64,000 nucleotides of DNA from Octopus sinensis (Eukaryota). The position numbers were made by a program, and so were the translations under genes. The DNA lies in assembly GCF_006345805.1 (NCBI RefSeq), contig NC_043010.1:27776001-27840000 (forward strand), written 5' to 3'. Shown here piece after piece: positions 1 through 12,723 of this stretch (its first letter is position 1; every line of letters begins with the position of its first letter). Below the pieces are notes generated by a model. It saw only the letters and a program-made list of their open reading frames with translations, ran no database searches and was not told the DNA's origin.

Positions 1-1493
1 AAGGAACAACCGAATCGTTACACATTTGGAATGATTAAAGCAAACAAAAGGTGTGTGTGTGTGTTACAACGGTACACCGTGTAACACTGACATGAAATTT
101 GAACTCGATGACTCAGAAATCGGATGTATCATTTAACACCTTCAGCTCACCCGAAAGCAGGTTTTATAACAAGATCTAGATCTACTTTGTTGCCATAGAT
201 TCACAGGATAACTCCCAACATCTTCTCTGCTCCCCAACATCTAGTCTCGAATGCTCTGATAGCAGCCACAGGTGTTGGTTGGTTTTTCTGCTCTACGCCA
301 TTAAAAATTGGACAAAGGAAAAATGTTTCTCTAACCAAAGACTTCTATTGATGCCAACTCACCTTAGACCGCTCCCGATTCTATGATGCAAAATGTTCCT
401 GCTATAAAGAGTCCTACAATAAAAGTTTTCACCAAAATTTCGAGTTAATTTATGTCCTAAACATCAGATTAATAATTTAGTTATCTTACTAAATTCTTCA
501 ATATATTCAAAATTAATTGGAACAGAGGCAATGTATTTCAGTGCAAACATGGGAATAAAATGATTAAATTAGTTTTCCCACGGATCGCTTACTGTTTTGA
601 AAGATCTGGCCTACTCCATAAATTTTAAATTCAACTCACGTCTCCACCAATGCTACCTTGGTGGATTTTTTTCCCAGTCCTCCAGGGCTTGTAGACGCCA
701 GACTGGGGATCTCTGAGCTATTGTATTTATTCAGCCATTGTACCCATTCTAATCTTTACCTACTTTAATTTTTAAGGTTTCGGTTATGTCAATAGGTGTT
801 ATCCTGTAGTGAGCGCTGCGTAGCGAGAAGAGAGTTTCCGGCAAGCCAAACGCCTGTAACAATAAGGAATGGTTAAAATGAACGTGAACGGTAATCTTCA
901 GGTTTAGTTGATTGACTGTTTTAATGTTACGTATTTATAATGAACACGACTGTTCCAGGAAAAGAAAACCAAGTTAAGCTAACGATTATTGTTCAGGGAG
1001 AAGCTAGAAATAGGTTTGTGGAAGTGGTGAGATGCTAGTCAAATCCTCTTTTACTATGTCCTCAGACCTAATCTCTTTTATTGAGCCCCAAAACAATCTG
1101 GCTTGACAGATATATGATGAGACACATCACTCGAAAATCCGCGATGAGTTTCTTATAATTTGATTGGCCCTATTTTTGCTAACGTCATCTCTAAATTTGA
1201 AAGAACCTGTTTGTTGATGCACATTTCATAGGCAAAGAAAACAGTCGGTTCCAAAACTGAGACAGACAGCTTCTCTCAGTTGGGGAAAATTAATTTATGT
1301 TTAATTTTATAACCGAACTATTTTATAAATCAACTCCCAGTTGATTTGCTGTGTTTCTGATGGTAACATTGACAAGGAAGTATTTGTAGGTTAGCCTCAA
1401 TTTGGGGGAGGGGTGGCAGCGAACTAACAGACTCATTGGAGTGTAGAAGAAAAACACTCCCTGCAGTTTTTGTTCTGAATCCTTATGTTCTAA

Positions 1494-1497
<4 letters not shown>

Positions 1498-1533
<36 letters not shown>

Positions 1534-1558
1534 ACCACACACACACATACACACACAT

Positions 1559-1603
<45 letters not shown>

Positions 1604-1612
1604 TATGTTTGC

Positions 1613-1663
<51 letters not shown>

Positions 1664-1708
1664 GCGTATGCATATATTAGTACGTATATATATATTTAGA
1701 CACATGCG

Positions 1709-1740
<32 letters not shown>
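1498..1740. repeat. Compound (CA)n/(TA)n microsatellite
   Basis: Direct reading; source of the spurious HTHT/CVCV/IYIY ORFs. Confidence 0.98.
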
Positions 1741-1744
<4 letters not shown>

Positions 1745-1972
1745 ACAATGGATGGTATTCTAAATATTATACTATACATAATAAATTGTTGATATATTTA
1801 AAAATTACTTTTGCTCCCAGAAAAGTAAACGAGCATCTAGTGGTAATTGCAGCGGACTGCGCATAGAAAGAGGAAGCTACCCCCAAGCAACCAATTGAAA
1901 CAATACAGTCAACATTGTCTGTTGTAAGACAATAAACCACAAATCTCCGTCTTATTTTCTACATACAACTAT

Positions 1973-2124
1973 TTAATATACATTATTTACATTTGACTGA
2001 TATTTGTATTCATCTTGTTTGTTGTTAATACAACATTTCGGCTGATATACCCACCGGCCTTCATCAGGAGTCTTGGGGAAATTTCGAACCTGGGTTCTCA
2101 TTCCTAAGGTATTTTTCGATATAA

Positions 2125-2128
<4 letters not shown>
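1973..2128 (-). mobile_element. Short hammerhead-bearing element, probably a Penelope-like pseudo-LTR fragment
   Basis: Minus strand carries CTGATGA-A-GGC..GCC-GAAA motif; abuts (AAT)n. Confidence 0.45.
2027..2072 (-). ncRNA. Degenerate minimal type I hammerhead ribozyme
   Basis: Minus: gactc CTGATGA A GGCCG gtgggtatat CAGCC GAAA TG TT gtatt; core intact, stems I/III decayed. Confidence 0.5.
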
Positions 2129-2182
<54 letters not shown>

Positions 2183-2213
2183 CATCATTATTATTATTAT
2201 TATTATCATTATT
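2129..2213. repeat. (ATT)n microsatellite
   Basis: Direct reading. Confidence 0.98.
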
Positions 2214-2722
2214 GAATGAGAAAACAATGCATGCCATCAAAGTGACACTGCGGTAAAATATACGAAGCCCAGTATACCTATCATGACTACCCGTCTGATA
2301 AGGGTACACCAGGCACATGCATCACAACCATATGTGTGCGATATGGTAATTTCATATCAAGGATAAACAGCACATGACCTTGCAGGTGGAGCCCAGTTAG
2401 AATTTTCTTCGGGTGAAGTAGCCCATCCTGTTCAAAACGTCCCTGAATAAGGGTTGTTTAAGGATATTGAACGAACCACTCACGTTTCCAAAGGTGAATT
2501 ATCCAAACTTCTAAGAATTCCTTTCAACACACGGTTATGATGTTCCCCCACTATTCTGCTCGTGATCAGAGATCAGAGATGCACGTATCGTCAGTCACTA
2601 AGGAACATGCTCAACTGGTTAAGGTCAAACAAGTGACAAGAAAATCTGTGGTATGGAGCAGAATATTTGCTGCAATCCATCTGTTATACTACCACGACAA
2701 AACGATTGTGGTATTGAGCAGA

Positions 2723-2723
<1 letters not shown>
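2214..2723 (-). mobile_element. Truncated copy of ~535-nt (AAT)n-flanked non-coding retroposon
   Basis: Homologous to 2774-3303 and 21357-21914; (ATT)n both sides. Confidence 0.8.
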
Positions 2724-2773
<50 letters not shown>

Positions 2774-3302
2774 GAGTGAGAGAGCAGTTCATGCCATCAA
2801 AGTGACACTGGGGTAAAATATACGAAGCCCAATATACCCATCATGACTACCCGTCTGATAAAGGTACACCAGGCACATGCATCACATGGTGATCTCATAT
2901 CAAGATAAACAGCACATGACCTTGCAGGTGGGGCCCAGTTAGAATTTTCTTCAGGTTGAGTAGCCCATCCCGCTCAAACGGTCCCTGAATAAGGGTTGTT
3001 TAAGGATGTTGAAAAAAACCACCCATGTTTCCAGAGGTGAATTATTCAAACCCCAAAGAATCCCTCTCAACACATGGCTATGATGCTCCCCCACTACTTC
3101 TGCTCGTGATCAGAGATGCACATATTGTCAGCCACTAAGGGACATGCTCAACTGGTTAAGGTCAAACAACTGACAAGCAAATCTGTGGTATTGAGCAGAA
3201 TATTTGCTGTAGCCCATCTTTTATACCAAGACAAAACAATGTACATGATAACACTTCCAATCAGTTAAGAGCAGAAGCCATGAGAGCCACTGCCTGGTAC
3301 TG

Positions 3303-3303
<1 letters not shown>
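2774..3303 (-). mobile_element. ~535-nt (AAT)n-flanked non-coding retroposon, full unit
   Basis: Repeated in the window at 2214, 19274 (part) and 21357 (reverse complement); both flanks (ATT)n. Confidence 0.85.
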
Positions 3304-3350
<47 letters not shown>

Positions 3351-3355
<5 letters not shown>

Positions 3356-3421
3356 TCACTGCCTGGAATCGAACTCGGAATCTTGGGGTTAGTAGCCCGC
3401 GCTCTTAACCACTACGCCACA
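3351..3421 (-). mobile_element. Minimal tRNA-derived SINE (tRNA-like head plus (AAT)n tail)
   Basis: Minus: GTGGCGTAGTGG (A box) ... GAGTTCGATTCC (B box) then GACCTG(AAT)n; acceptor stem not intact. Confidence 0.7.
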
Positions 3422-3589
3422 TAGAACTGTATTAACTATTTAATATGTAAAGTGGGTTGTTATTGACGTCATTTAAGTTTGAAACCCTTTTGAAAGTCAT
3501 GAAATTATGAAACGGATTGGGTTCACGTAAACACCCGTCCACCCCGTCATGCGTCCACTGTTTCGGGGAGGGTTATGGGGGATATTCTC

Positions 3590-3945
3590 TTATTCTTTCA
3601 CTTGCTTTAGTCATTTGACTGCGGCCATGCTGGAGTACCACCTTTAGTCGAACAAATCGATCCCAGGACTTATTCTTTGTTAGCCTAGTAATTATTCTAT
3701 CTGTTCTTTTGCCGAACCGCTAGGTTACGGGGACATCGGTCTCGAGCGATGGGGGTGGGGGTGGACAAGCACATGCATACATTTATGCGGCGGGATTCTT
3801 TCAGTTTCTGTTAACCAAAGCCACTCACAAGTCTTTGGTCGGCCCGAGATTATAATAGAAGACACTTGCATAAGATGTCACACAATGGCACTGAACCCGG
3901 AACCATGTGGTTGGAAAGTAAACTTCTTATCACACAACCATGCAC
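3590..3945 (-). mobile_element. tRNA-head SINE, family S2
   Basis: Multi-copy in window (23965, 37798, 55320); A/B-box head, tail GGYGGTRCYCCAGCATGGCCGCAGTC. Confidence 0.85.
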
Positions 3946-4049
3946 GCGCGCGCGCAAGAAAATATGGGCCTTTTCTCCACACGGGCAAAAATATAAAATA
4001 CAATGATGAAATTGAAAATATTAAGCAATGCAATGGACGAAAGCAACCT

Positions 4050-4595
4050 GGTGTAACCCCAGGTTGTAAAAGTAAATCTCTGTTTTAACCGGGAAGTTAA
4101 AGATATCATCCGACTAAAGAAGGAGGCTTGCAAAGCTTCGTTTGGAAACAAGTCTCCTTGTTTGCGCATGCGTTACACTAGGGCGCGAAAGTTTGTTGCA
4201 TAGACAAAATCGTTCAAGGTTAAGTCATGGGAGAACTTTGGGATTAAGCTGGACTGTCTTTAGATTGGCCAATGAAGTATTCTAGCAGACCATCCATTGG
4301 CTTCGTAACAAGGAGCTCTGTTCCTCTCATGCCATGAAGAACTCGACTGTGGTTTTTCTTTCTACAGAGAAAAGCATCGTTGGTAGATGCAAAGAATATT
4401 TTGCTGTTCTAATTCGTCACAATAAAATCGTCTGGGGTACATGAGGTGCGTCTATGGGCGAAGATTAACTTTACAGAGGCTGGAGGGAAAGCGATTAAAT
4501 CAATCAAGTGTGACAAGGCGGCTGGAGACGATGAAATTCGACCTGGAATGTCAAAAGCCTTAAACAGAAAAGCCATTCTTTGTGCCCAAATTCTT
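4050..4595 (+). pseudogene. RTE-clade LINE ORF2 fragment (endonuclease-RT linker), frameshifted
   Basis: Reads EVKDIIRLKKEACKA..KSWENFG..KAIKSIKCDKAAGDDEIRP..KALN. Confidence 0.75.
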
Positions 4596-5432
4596 GTAGT
4601 AGCATTCGTGCATTTCAGCACATTACAAATTACACACACACACACACACACGTATATACGTACGTACGTATGTACAGCAAGCTTCTTTTAGTTTCCATCC
4701 ACCAAACCCGCTTACAAGGTTTTGGTCAGCCTACAGCTCTCGTAAAAGACACATCCTGAAAGTGCTACACGGTGGGACTGGACCCAAAACCACATCTTTC
4801 CAGGCAGCCACCGCTTTTAATGTATCGTATGTTTAGTCAGAGCTTTCTCTGGGCAGTTTCCATCAAGAAAACCACACTTTATATATAATTATGATGAACT
4901 AGATCTATAAACAGACCAAAGTCACATGATTTTCAAATTAATCAAATAGAGAAAGCGCAACATTTGGCAAAAGTCCATGAATTTATTTAGACGTACGCAA
5001 AAACAAAGATGTGATTTTTGCCGCATTACATATAACTAAATTATTCAACTTTTTTCTTTTATTTTCCCCCAGTTTCGTAATGAAATTGATATGATAGCAT
5101 TATTTACCCAAAGTGTCTAAATTTAATAATGTTGATAATAACATTTCATACGAAATGTTTACGTTTGTACGGAGCCATCCTGAAAATGTTTCCAATTATA
5201 ACTACACAGCTGTTATCTATAGATTATATATTTATATATTCCAAAACTAAATCAGATCTGGAAGATACTTTTTTTTATATAATGTAAGTATTTGAATTGC
5301 TGGACTAAAACCAATGAGAGGACGGAGAAAATTACAGGCAAACAGATGATTCTTGTACCACACCTTAATTGAATATTTAAATGACTGAGAATCGGAAAGC
5401 TTGTTTAAATCTATTATCTCTATTATACTTTA

Positions 5433-5516
5433 GTACATACATACATACATACATACATACATACATACATACATACATACATACATACATACTACATACA
5501 CACACACACACACACA

Positions 5517-5602
<86 letters not shown>
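5433..5602. repeat. (TACA)n(CA)n microsatellite
   Basis: Direct reading. Confidence 0.98.
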
Positions 5603-5604
<2 letters not shown>

Positions 5605-6810
5605 AGAGGCGACTCTAGGTCATCAGCATCACTCGGGCTCATCACAAATTTCGCATGAGACACATGCCTGCTCGAAGAATTTCACGTTTGTCTGCAATAT
5701 TTCTAACCCCCAAATGGCTTATTTTTTTTTTTATATCTAGCACTATATCTTTTTCCATTTCTAAGTTGAGGGTAAAAATAAAACAACCCTGCAAAACACA
5801 ATTGATCTTTACACAAAGACGCTCAGAATCACAGCAATCAAATAACGACAGCAGAATGCACAACAAGCATCAGCGATCAGACTGTCACCTGAACTCTTGA
5901 CCAGCGATACCAGTTAGTCTTTTACACACTACCAGGCTCGTTCGTATTAGCCTGAGTTGCTGGATGATATTTCGCTCCTTTAAGAATATTGTAGAATGGA
6001 AACTTTTCATAGATTAGAATTTAAATCCTAATCTCTATAGAAATTTATTATTTCAAGAAAAAATTAAATTTGAATTGCATTTAATTTTTACGATTATTGA
6101 TAACTACTCGGGCTGTAACTTCTGAGCCAGAGTCAAGCGCGTGTGAACAATGTCGAAAGACCTTCTGCTACGAATGATAGTTTTTGAGACGACCACCAGA
6201 CGCTGAAGGAAAATAATAAACTGCGATCAAGCTCAATAAAAGGAGTCGGAGTTATTGGCTGAAATTACATATTTAAAAAATCAAATCGGCTGGTAAATAC
6301 ACGTTCACATTACTAAATTTATACTCGGGCTAAGCCCGAACAGCCGGAGTCGCCACTGATATATATATATACATACATACGGGGCCCCAGTATGGCCATA
6401 ATCTCTGGCTGAATCGATTGTCTGAATTTTCTTCGGGAAACTATACACAGACATGTGTGTGTGCGCGCGAACGCTTAATTTGTGGTTTAACAAGGTAACC
6501 ATTAGTTTCATGTGAAAATGTGAAAAGGTCTTCACAATTGTTCAAGCGTGCCATATCGAAGTGTTGGTATTCGTCTCCAGTTTGGATGTCAACCGAGACC
6601 CATTACATTCACCACACGATGTGTTTGACTGCAATACATGTCGATAGGCGTATTGTTTATTCGAACAGGCGGCTAAGCGCGTGCTGCTATGAAATTACTA
6701 CAAATGATAATATTGGTTGCATCGTGAACCGAAATCTAAACAAAGGTGCTGAATTTGTTTTTATGCCAACATTTTATTAAGTATTAAAAGCATGCTATTT
6801 ATTACATCAC

Positions 6811-7118
6811 CAGTGGTTCCCAAACTTTTTCAGGCTGCCGCCCCCTTTGTTCTGAGGTCACATTCCTAGTGCACACCACTCACCATCACCACCATCACCA
6901 CCCCCTACTTACCATCACAGACATAAACCATTTTCTGCAGCAAATTCAAAACAACAGTATTTCACAAATAAAACACTCTAATTAACCCATTATTTTGTTG
7001 GGGTTTTTTTTACATCCATTGCCCCGTTTTTGTCACCCCATTATCGCTCCATTTCAAAGCCCCACTGGATCTTTCCATAGCCATCAGAGGGCGGTACTGC
7101 ACACTTTGCGAACAACTA
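6811..7118. mobile_element. hAT/Charlie-like MITE
   Basis: Left CAGTGGTTCCCAAAC; degenerate inverted right end CTTTGCGAACAACTA; no clear TSD. Confidence 0.55.
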
Positions 7119-7445
7119 AGTATACCTTTACAGACTTTTTGCATGCACAATAACCTCAGCAACAGATCTATTTTCATATTTCGTTTCTCTGCCATAACGC
7201 TAAATCTGCTTTTATTCTTTGCCTGGACGCACCTTAAAATTGGAACTTATTCACAGAAATACAAAACTGGGAATTAATTTTTTTTTCATCTGTTAGAGCT
7301 TAATATTTAATTAAAAACGAAAATACATAACAGCTGGTACAATTTCAGAATGAATTTCAGAACATTTCCAGTCTCTTTCACAAACTCAAGAGTCAAGTTT
7401 TTCGTGAGGCTTTTGCAGTCCTTTAACACACACACACACACCACA

Positions 7446-7492
<47 letters not shown>

Positions 7493-7534
7493 ACACACAC
7501 ACACACACACACTCGTATATGGTTTCTTATTTAG

Positions 7535-7710
7535 GTACTAGATCAGTAATTTTGACGGGAGGCCCCAGTACTTGAATGGTACTTTATTTTATCGATTTCC
7601 CTAAAAATGAAAGAAGTTGACCACGATGGGATTTGAATTCATAGAACATAAATAACTAGAAAAGCGTAAGGTAATTTAACCTGAAGCTCTAACAATTGTA
7701 CTAAGCCGAA
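7535..7710 (-). mobile_element. Degraded SINE family S1
   Basis: ccccagtac..ggtactttattttatcga..aatgaaag..atttgaa matches S1 copies at 11062 and 40849. Confidence 0.55.
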
Positions 7711-7748
7711 TTATATATGTACACACACGCATATATAAATAAATAAAT

Positions 7749-8018
<270 letters not shown>

Positions 8019-8735
8019 ATGTTTCTTTATTAGCCACACAGGGCTGCACACAGATAGAACAAATTACAAGGTAGAGCTTTTCTTTTGGGGGTAAAAAAAA
8101 GAGAGTGGTGGTTTTCGATCAAAAGGGATCGTAAAGGGAAAGAAAAAGGACAAAAAAAAAGAGAGGGGTTAAAAAGGGGGGGGGAAATGAATAATAGGGA
8201 TCGTTATCACAGAAATGTCAATATGAAGTGTAAAGGGGAGGACAGGTGAGGTTTACCCGTGGAAAGAAAAGCCTACGGAAAAGACCACGGTAACCTCGGT
8301 CAATGAAGTCACATGTTATATTTCTTTTTTTTTTTTTGCAAATAAGCAACTCTCTGTATTAATTTTTATGGTTCATAGAATCATAGTCAAGGTGGCTTCG
8401 TCATTCATACGTGCCATCCTTGCTACATTCACCCATCTTTTTTTAAAACATTCACTAGACAAAACTTGCCTCTCTACTCTCACTTTCCTCTTCAAGTGAT
8501 ACTTGAAGAAGTTGATGAGAGATTGACCAGAGAGGAAAGTGTTTGTCTCTAATCCTTTCAGGCGCGTCCACCAGTTACATTCTTTCGCCATAGCCACAAG
8601 TATGATAAAAATAGCTCTTCCTTCCCGTTTGAAGGAAGGAGGCGTGACGATATTAACGATAGACTCGGCTGATAAACCGACACGTCCCACACGTGACAGC
8701 AGTCGTTCGACATAAGCCCACAGGTGGGAAATTGC

Positions 8736-8736
<1 letters not shown>
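8019..8736 (-). mobile_element. Tx1-clade non-LTR retrotransposon, 5'-truncated copy 1
   Basis: Highly similar to 8881-9606; ORF2 C-terminus plus 3' UTR ending AATAAAGAAACAT before (TCTA)n. Confidence 0.85.
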
Positions 8737-8775
<39 letters not shown>

Positions 8776-8788
8776 GATAGATAGATAG

Positions 8789-8862
<74 letters not shown>

Positions 8863-8880
8863 GTAGATAGATAGATAGAT
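8737..8880. repeat. (GATA)n between the two Tx1 copies
   Basis: Direct reading. Confidence 0.98.
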
Positions 8881-10758
8881 ATGTTTCTTTATTAGCCACA
8901 CAGGGCTGCACATAGATAGAACAGATTACAAAGTAGAGCTTTTCTTTTGAAGGTAAAAAAAAGGGGGGGGTGTTCGATCAAAAGGGATCGTAAAAGGAGA
9001 GAAAGAGGACAAAAAAAGGGGGGTTAAAAAAGGGGGAGAGGAAAAAAATTGATCAATAGGGATCGTTATCACAGAAATATCAATATGAAGTGTAAAGGGG
9101 AGGACAGGTGAGGTTTACCCGTGGAAAGAAAAGCCTACGGAAAAGACCACGGTAACCTCGGTCAATGAAGTCACATGTTATATTTCTTTCTTTTACTTTT
9201 TTTTTTTGCAAATAAGCAACTCTCTGTATTAATTTTTATGGTTCATAGAATCATAGTCAAGGTGGCTTCGTCATTCATACGTGCCATCCTTGCTACATTC
9301 ACCCATCTTTTTTTAAAACATTCACTAGACAAAACTTGCCTCTCTACTCTCACTTTCCTCCTCAAGTGATACTTGAAGAAGTTGATGAGAGATTGACCAG
9401 AGAGGAAAGTGTTTGTCTCTAATCCTTTCAGGCGCGTCCACCAGATACATTCTTTCGCCATAGCCACAAGTATGATAAAAATAGCTCTTCCTTCCCGTTT
9501 GAAGGAAGGAGGCGTGACGATATTAACGATAGACTCGGCTGATAAACCGACACGTCCCACACGTAACAGCAGTTGTTCGACATAAGCCCACAGGTGGGAA
9601 ATTGCTGGACACTGCACGATTGCGTGCAGAGCGGTTTCGTCGCTCTGCCCGCATCTCGGGCAGGTCGGCCCCGTGTTTCTCGAGCCATGCCTATAGAGCT
9701 TATCCCCAACGGGTAGCGCTTCTCGGTAGCACCGCCAGGCCAGGGATCTCTGGAAGTTGTCCATAGGTCCCGGGCCGAAAGTCGTTTGAAACAGGCGGGT
9801 CAGGTATTCCTCGTCGACGCCCAGGTTTGCCACGAGATCGTCGTCGTACCTCCCCTCCACCCGGGACGGCAGAGTTGCTTGAGAGCAACGCGACACTCGC
9901 GGTGCCATTCGCCCTTCCTCGGCCTCTTTTTGATCCACGACTGCAGTTCGGTCATGGAGACAAGTTGCGGGAATGCGTGCCTCACAAACGGCGACCACAC
10001 CTGTTCACCGTCGTCTACATAGAGCCGGAGATGTCGCAGTCTCAGCGCGTGTCTGCGCATTATCAACCACGGCATGCCCAGCCCTCCTTTTAACGGGTGT
10101 TGACAGCAAATGGATCGCCTGACCATCGCGACGCATCCTTTCCACAAGAAGCGGAAGAGGATGCGTTCTAGTTTGGTGATGGTAGGGTCGGGACAAGGTA
10201 CGACGGTCAGGCGGTAGTAGATGATGGACGCGATGTACGCGTTCGCCACCTCCGCCCGACCTTTTAGGGACAGTTTCCTCTCGGCCCATTGCTGGGCGAG
10301 AGTGACCACCCTACTCGTTATCTCGTTCCAGTTCTTCTCCATTTGGAGGTCCGGACCGAACCAGACCCCGAGCAACTCAACCGGGCCGTCTGTCCAGCGT
10401 CCCACGACGGAGGTACTGGTGGACGGCATGGGCTTGCTTCTCCAGGTGCCGAGCCGCAAGCCCACTGACTTTTCCCGGTTGATTTTTGCTCCTGTCGCCG
10501 CTTCGTAGTCTTTCAGTGTCTCGCCGACCCGCTCGATGTGCTCGTGGCTTGACACTATGACGGTGACGTCGTCCGCGTATGCAGACACGCTCGTCCCGCA
10601 TCCCAATTCTCGCGGGATGCCCTCAGAGTCGCCAGCTTCCGCAGTAGTGGCTCAAGAGTCAATACGTATAGAAGCGCCGAGAAGGGGCATCCCTGACGGA
10701 CCGAACGTGCAATGTCGAAAGGTCTCGATAGATGTCCATTCACGCGAATTACCGAACG

Positions 10759-10759
<1 letters not shown>
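8881..10759 (-). mobile_element. Tx1-clade non-LTR retrotransposon, 5'-truncated copy 2
   Basis: RT motifs RQGCP.S.LLY.L and YADD, C-terminal CPRC..ETALHAIVQC knuckle; (GATA)n both sides. Confidence 0.88.
9243..10743 (-). pseudogene. Frameshifted Tx1/L1-like ORF2 (RT C-half and zinc knuckle)
   Basis: Three track ORFs (10555-10743, 9800-10606, 9243-9998) join into one RT protein. Confidence 0.88.

Positions 10760-10831
<72 letters not shown>
10760..10831. repeat. (GATA)n at 5' junction of Tx1 copy 2
   Basis: Direct reading. Confidence 0.98.
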
Positions 10832-10917
10832 CAGTCTATATATCCATCTCTCGCTCTCATACATATACACTTCTGTCAAAGCATTGCAAGCACACACACT
10901 CATACACACAGACACAT

Positions 10918-11295
10918 TATTCTTTTCTACTTTAGGCACAAGGACCGAAATTCTGGGGGAGGGGGCCAGTCGATTAGATCGACCCCAGTACGCAATTTGA
11001 GCTCATAACCTAAAGACAGATTTAATACCGCTAAGCATTTCACCCGGCGTGCTAACGTTTCTTATTTCTTTGTTGTCCACAAGGGGCTAAACATAGAAGG
11101 GACAAACAAGGACAGACAAACGGATTAAGTCGATTACATCGACCCCAGTGCGTATTTGGTACTTAATTTATCGACCCCGAAAGGATGAAAGGCAAAGTCG
11201 ACCTCGGCGGAATTTGAACTCAGAACGTAACAGCAGACAAAATATCGCTAAGCATTTCGCCCAGCGTGCTAACGTTTCTGCCAGCTCACCGCCTT
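10918..11295 (-). mobile_element. Two adjacent SINE S1 copies (first internally deleted)
   Basis: Head AGGCGGTGAGCTGGCAGAAACGTTAGC, GTTCAAATTCC B box, central GGTCGACTTTGCCTTTCATCCTTTCGGGGTCGATAAA. Confidence 0.85.
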
Positions 11296-11919
11296 ACCGA
11301 GTCAATATGTGTTTCTTTATTACCCACAAGGGGCTAAACATAGCCTTACCGAGTCAATATTCCCACATAAAGCACGTCACATCATTTTTTCCCCAAACAA
11401 TTATCTCTCTTCTACTTCGCTCTCTTTATCTTCCGTCTCGTACTTTCCCCTTTATCCAGCGTTTATTTACTCATCCTGCTGTCATTCACTTGTCTTACAC
11501 ACACACACACATGCATTCGCTTCCATATGCACAGGTGGAGGGACACAGCTGCATAGTATAGACTGCTGGGGACACACAGACTTAACGCAAATTAGTAAAG
11601 GATTTTCTTCCGAATTTCTGCTTGAATAATTAGTGTTTAGTTTTGATTGAAGAATATCATTATTTGCATAGAAACACAAAAAAAATTTACTTTGCTTCAG
11701 ATCACGCTAATTATTGATTAGTTATCGATTAGCAAAAACAGGTGAAATAGATACAGTTGCAAAAAACTTAATGCAGATCTATCTATACTAAAGAATTAAT
11801 AGAATGCACGATGCGTAAAAAATGTCAAAAATATTAGTAACGTACCACATTCTATGTACAGTTTTGTGACATATTCATGAAGCGTTAAACTTCTGGGAAA
11901 TTGAGCCAATGAGGAAGGT

Positions 11920-12235
11920 TAGAACGGACTACGACGGACTAAAAAGGGCTAATAAAACGAATTAAAATTTCTGTGAAGCCGAACTAATCGGACGGGTTAA
12001 AACTGGCTAATGAGACGAGCTAAAACTTTTGAGAAAATGAGCTAAGATCGGTTAAAATAAACTGATGATACAGGCTCATACAACGGGCAAAAACGAACGA
12101 ATGAGTGAAACTACTAATAATATGAGAAGATGAGTTAAGACTTCTGTGAAACTGAACTAATAAGACGGGTTAAAACGGGCTAATGAAATAGGCTAAAAGT
12201 TCTGCAAAACTGGTTAATAACACGGGCTAAAAGGA
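11920..12235. repeat. Degenerate short-period minisatellite (units like AAACKGGCTAATRA)
   Basis: Recurring aactggctaatga, aacgggctaatga, aactggttaata, aatgagctaaga. Confidence 0.6.
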
Positions 12236-12723
12236 AGTCTACATTCATCTTCATAGTTTTGTTTGTGCTAATATACAACCTGGTTTTCTTTTGGCTTTTT
12301 TTTCTTAAACGCATAGTGCATGCAGGACCAACTTATCCAATACCCTATTGATTTTGTAAGACAGAGTGTGATTTGAGAAGAGACTTGGCTACTATTAAAC
12401 CTGCATGCTGTTAAAGAAACTCCTGGTTATATTAAATATAGTGTCATGAAGCCAGAATGATTTCTGCCTTTTAGCACCATCTCATCAGCGAATGAAGGAT
12501 ATGTATCCCTGTATGTTTGCTTCTAAAGATTGTGCTATTTTTAGACATTTTAATTTTTGTGAATGAATAAATTAGTAATAATGAATATAGTTTAATATAA
12601 GACTTTAGATGGATAGGTTGTATTTTCCACGTCGGGGTGACCACTTTAGAAGGATAGGTGGTATTCCATCTAATCTAACTCCAGATCAGAAGGCTGCGTA
12701 TTCGTATCACGTCGGGGTCACCA

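Noticed and set aside
2774-3303. HDV-like or twister ribozyme at the fixed 5' end of the 535-nt element
   Set aside because: Could not build the required nested pseudoknot pairings by eye
3351-3421. Functional tRNA gene
   Set aside because: Acceptor and anticodon stems are incomplete and a repeat tail follows directly; treated as a SINE
8019-8736. Copy 1 as an assembly duplication of copy 2
   Set aside because: Multiple substitutions and indels in the 3' UTR distinguish the copies, though an old duplication is not fully excluded
12055-12085. Other CTGANGA hits (12062, 12482 minus, 33237, 42341, 53585)
   Set aside because: No correctly placed stem II-GAAA-stem III-UH-stem I
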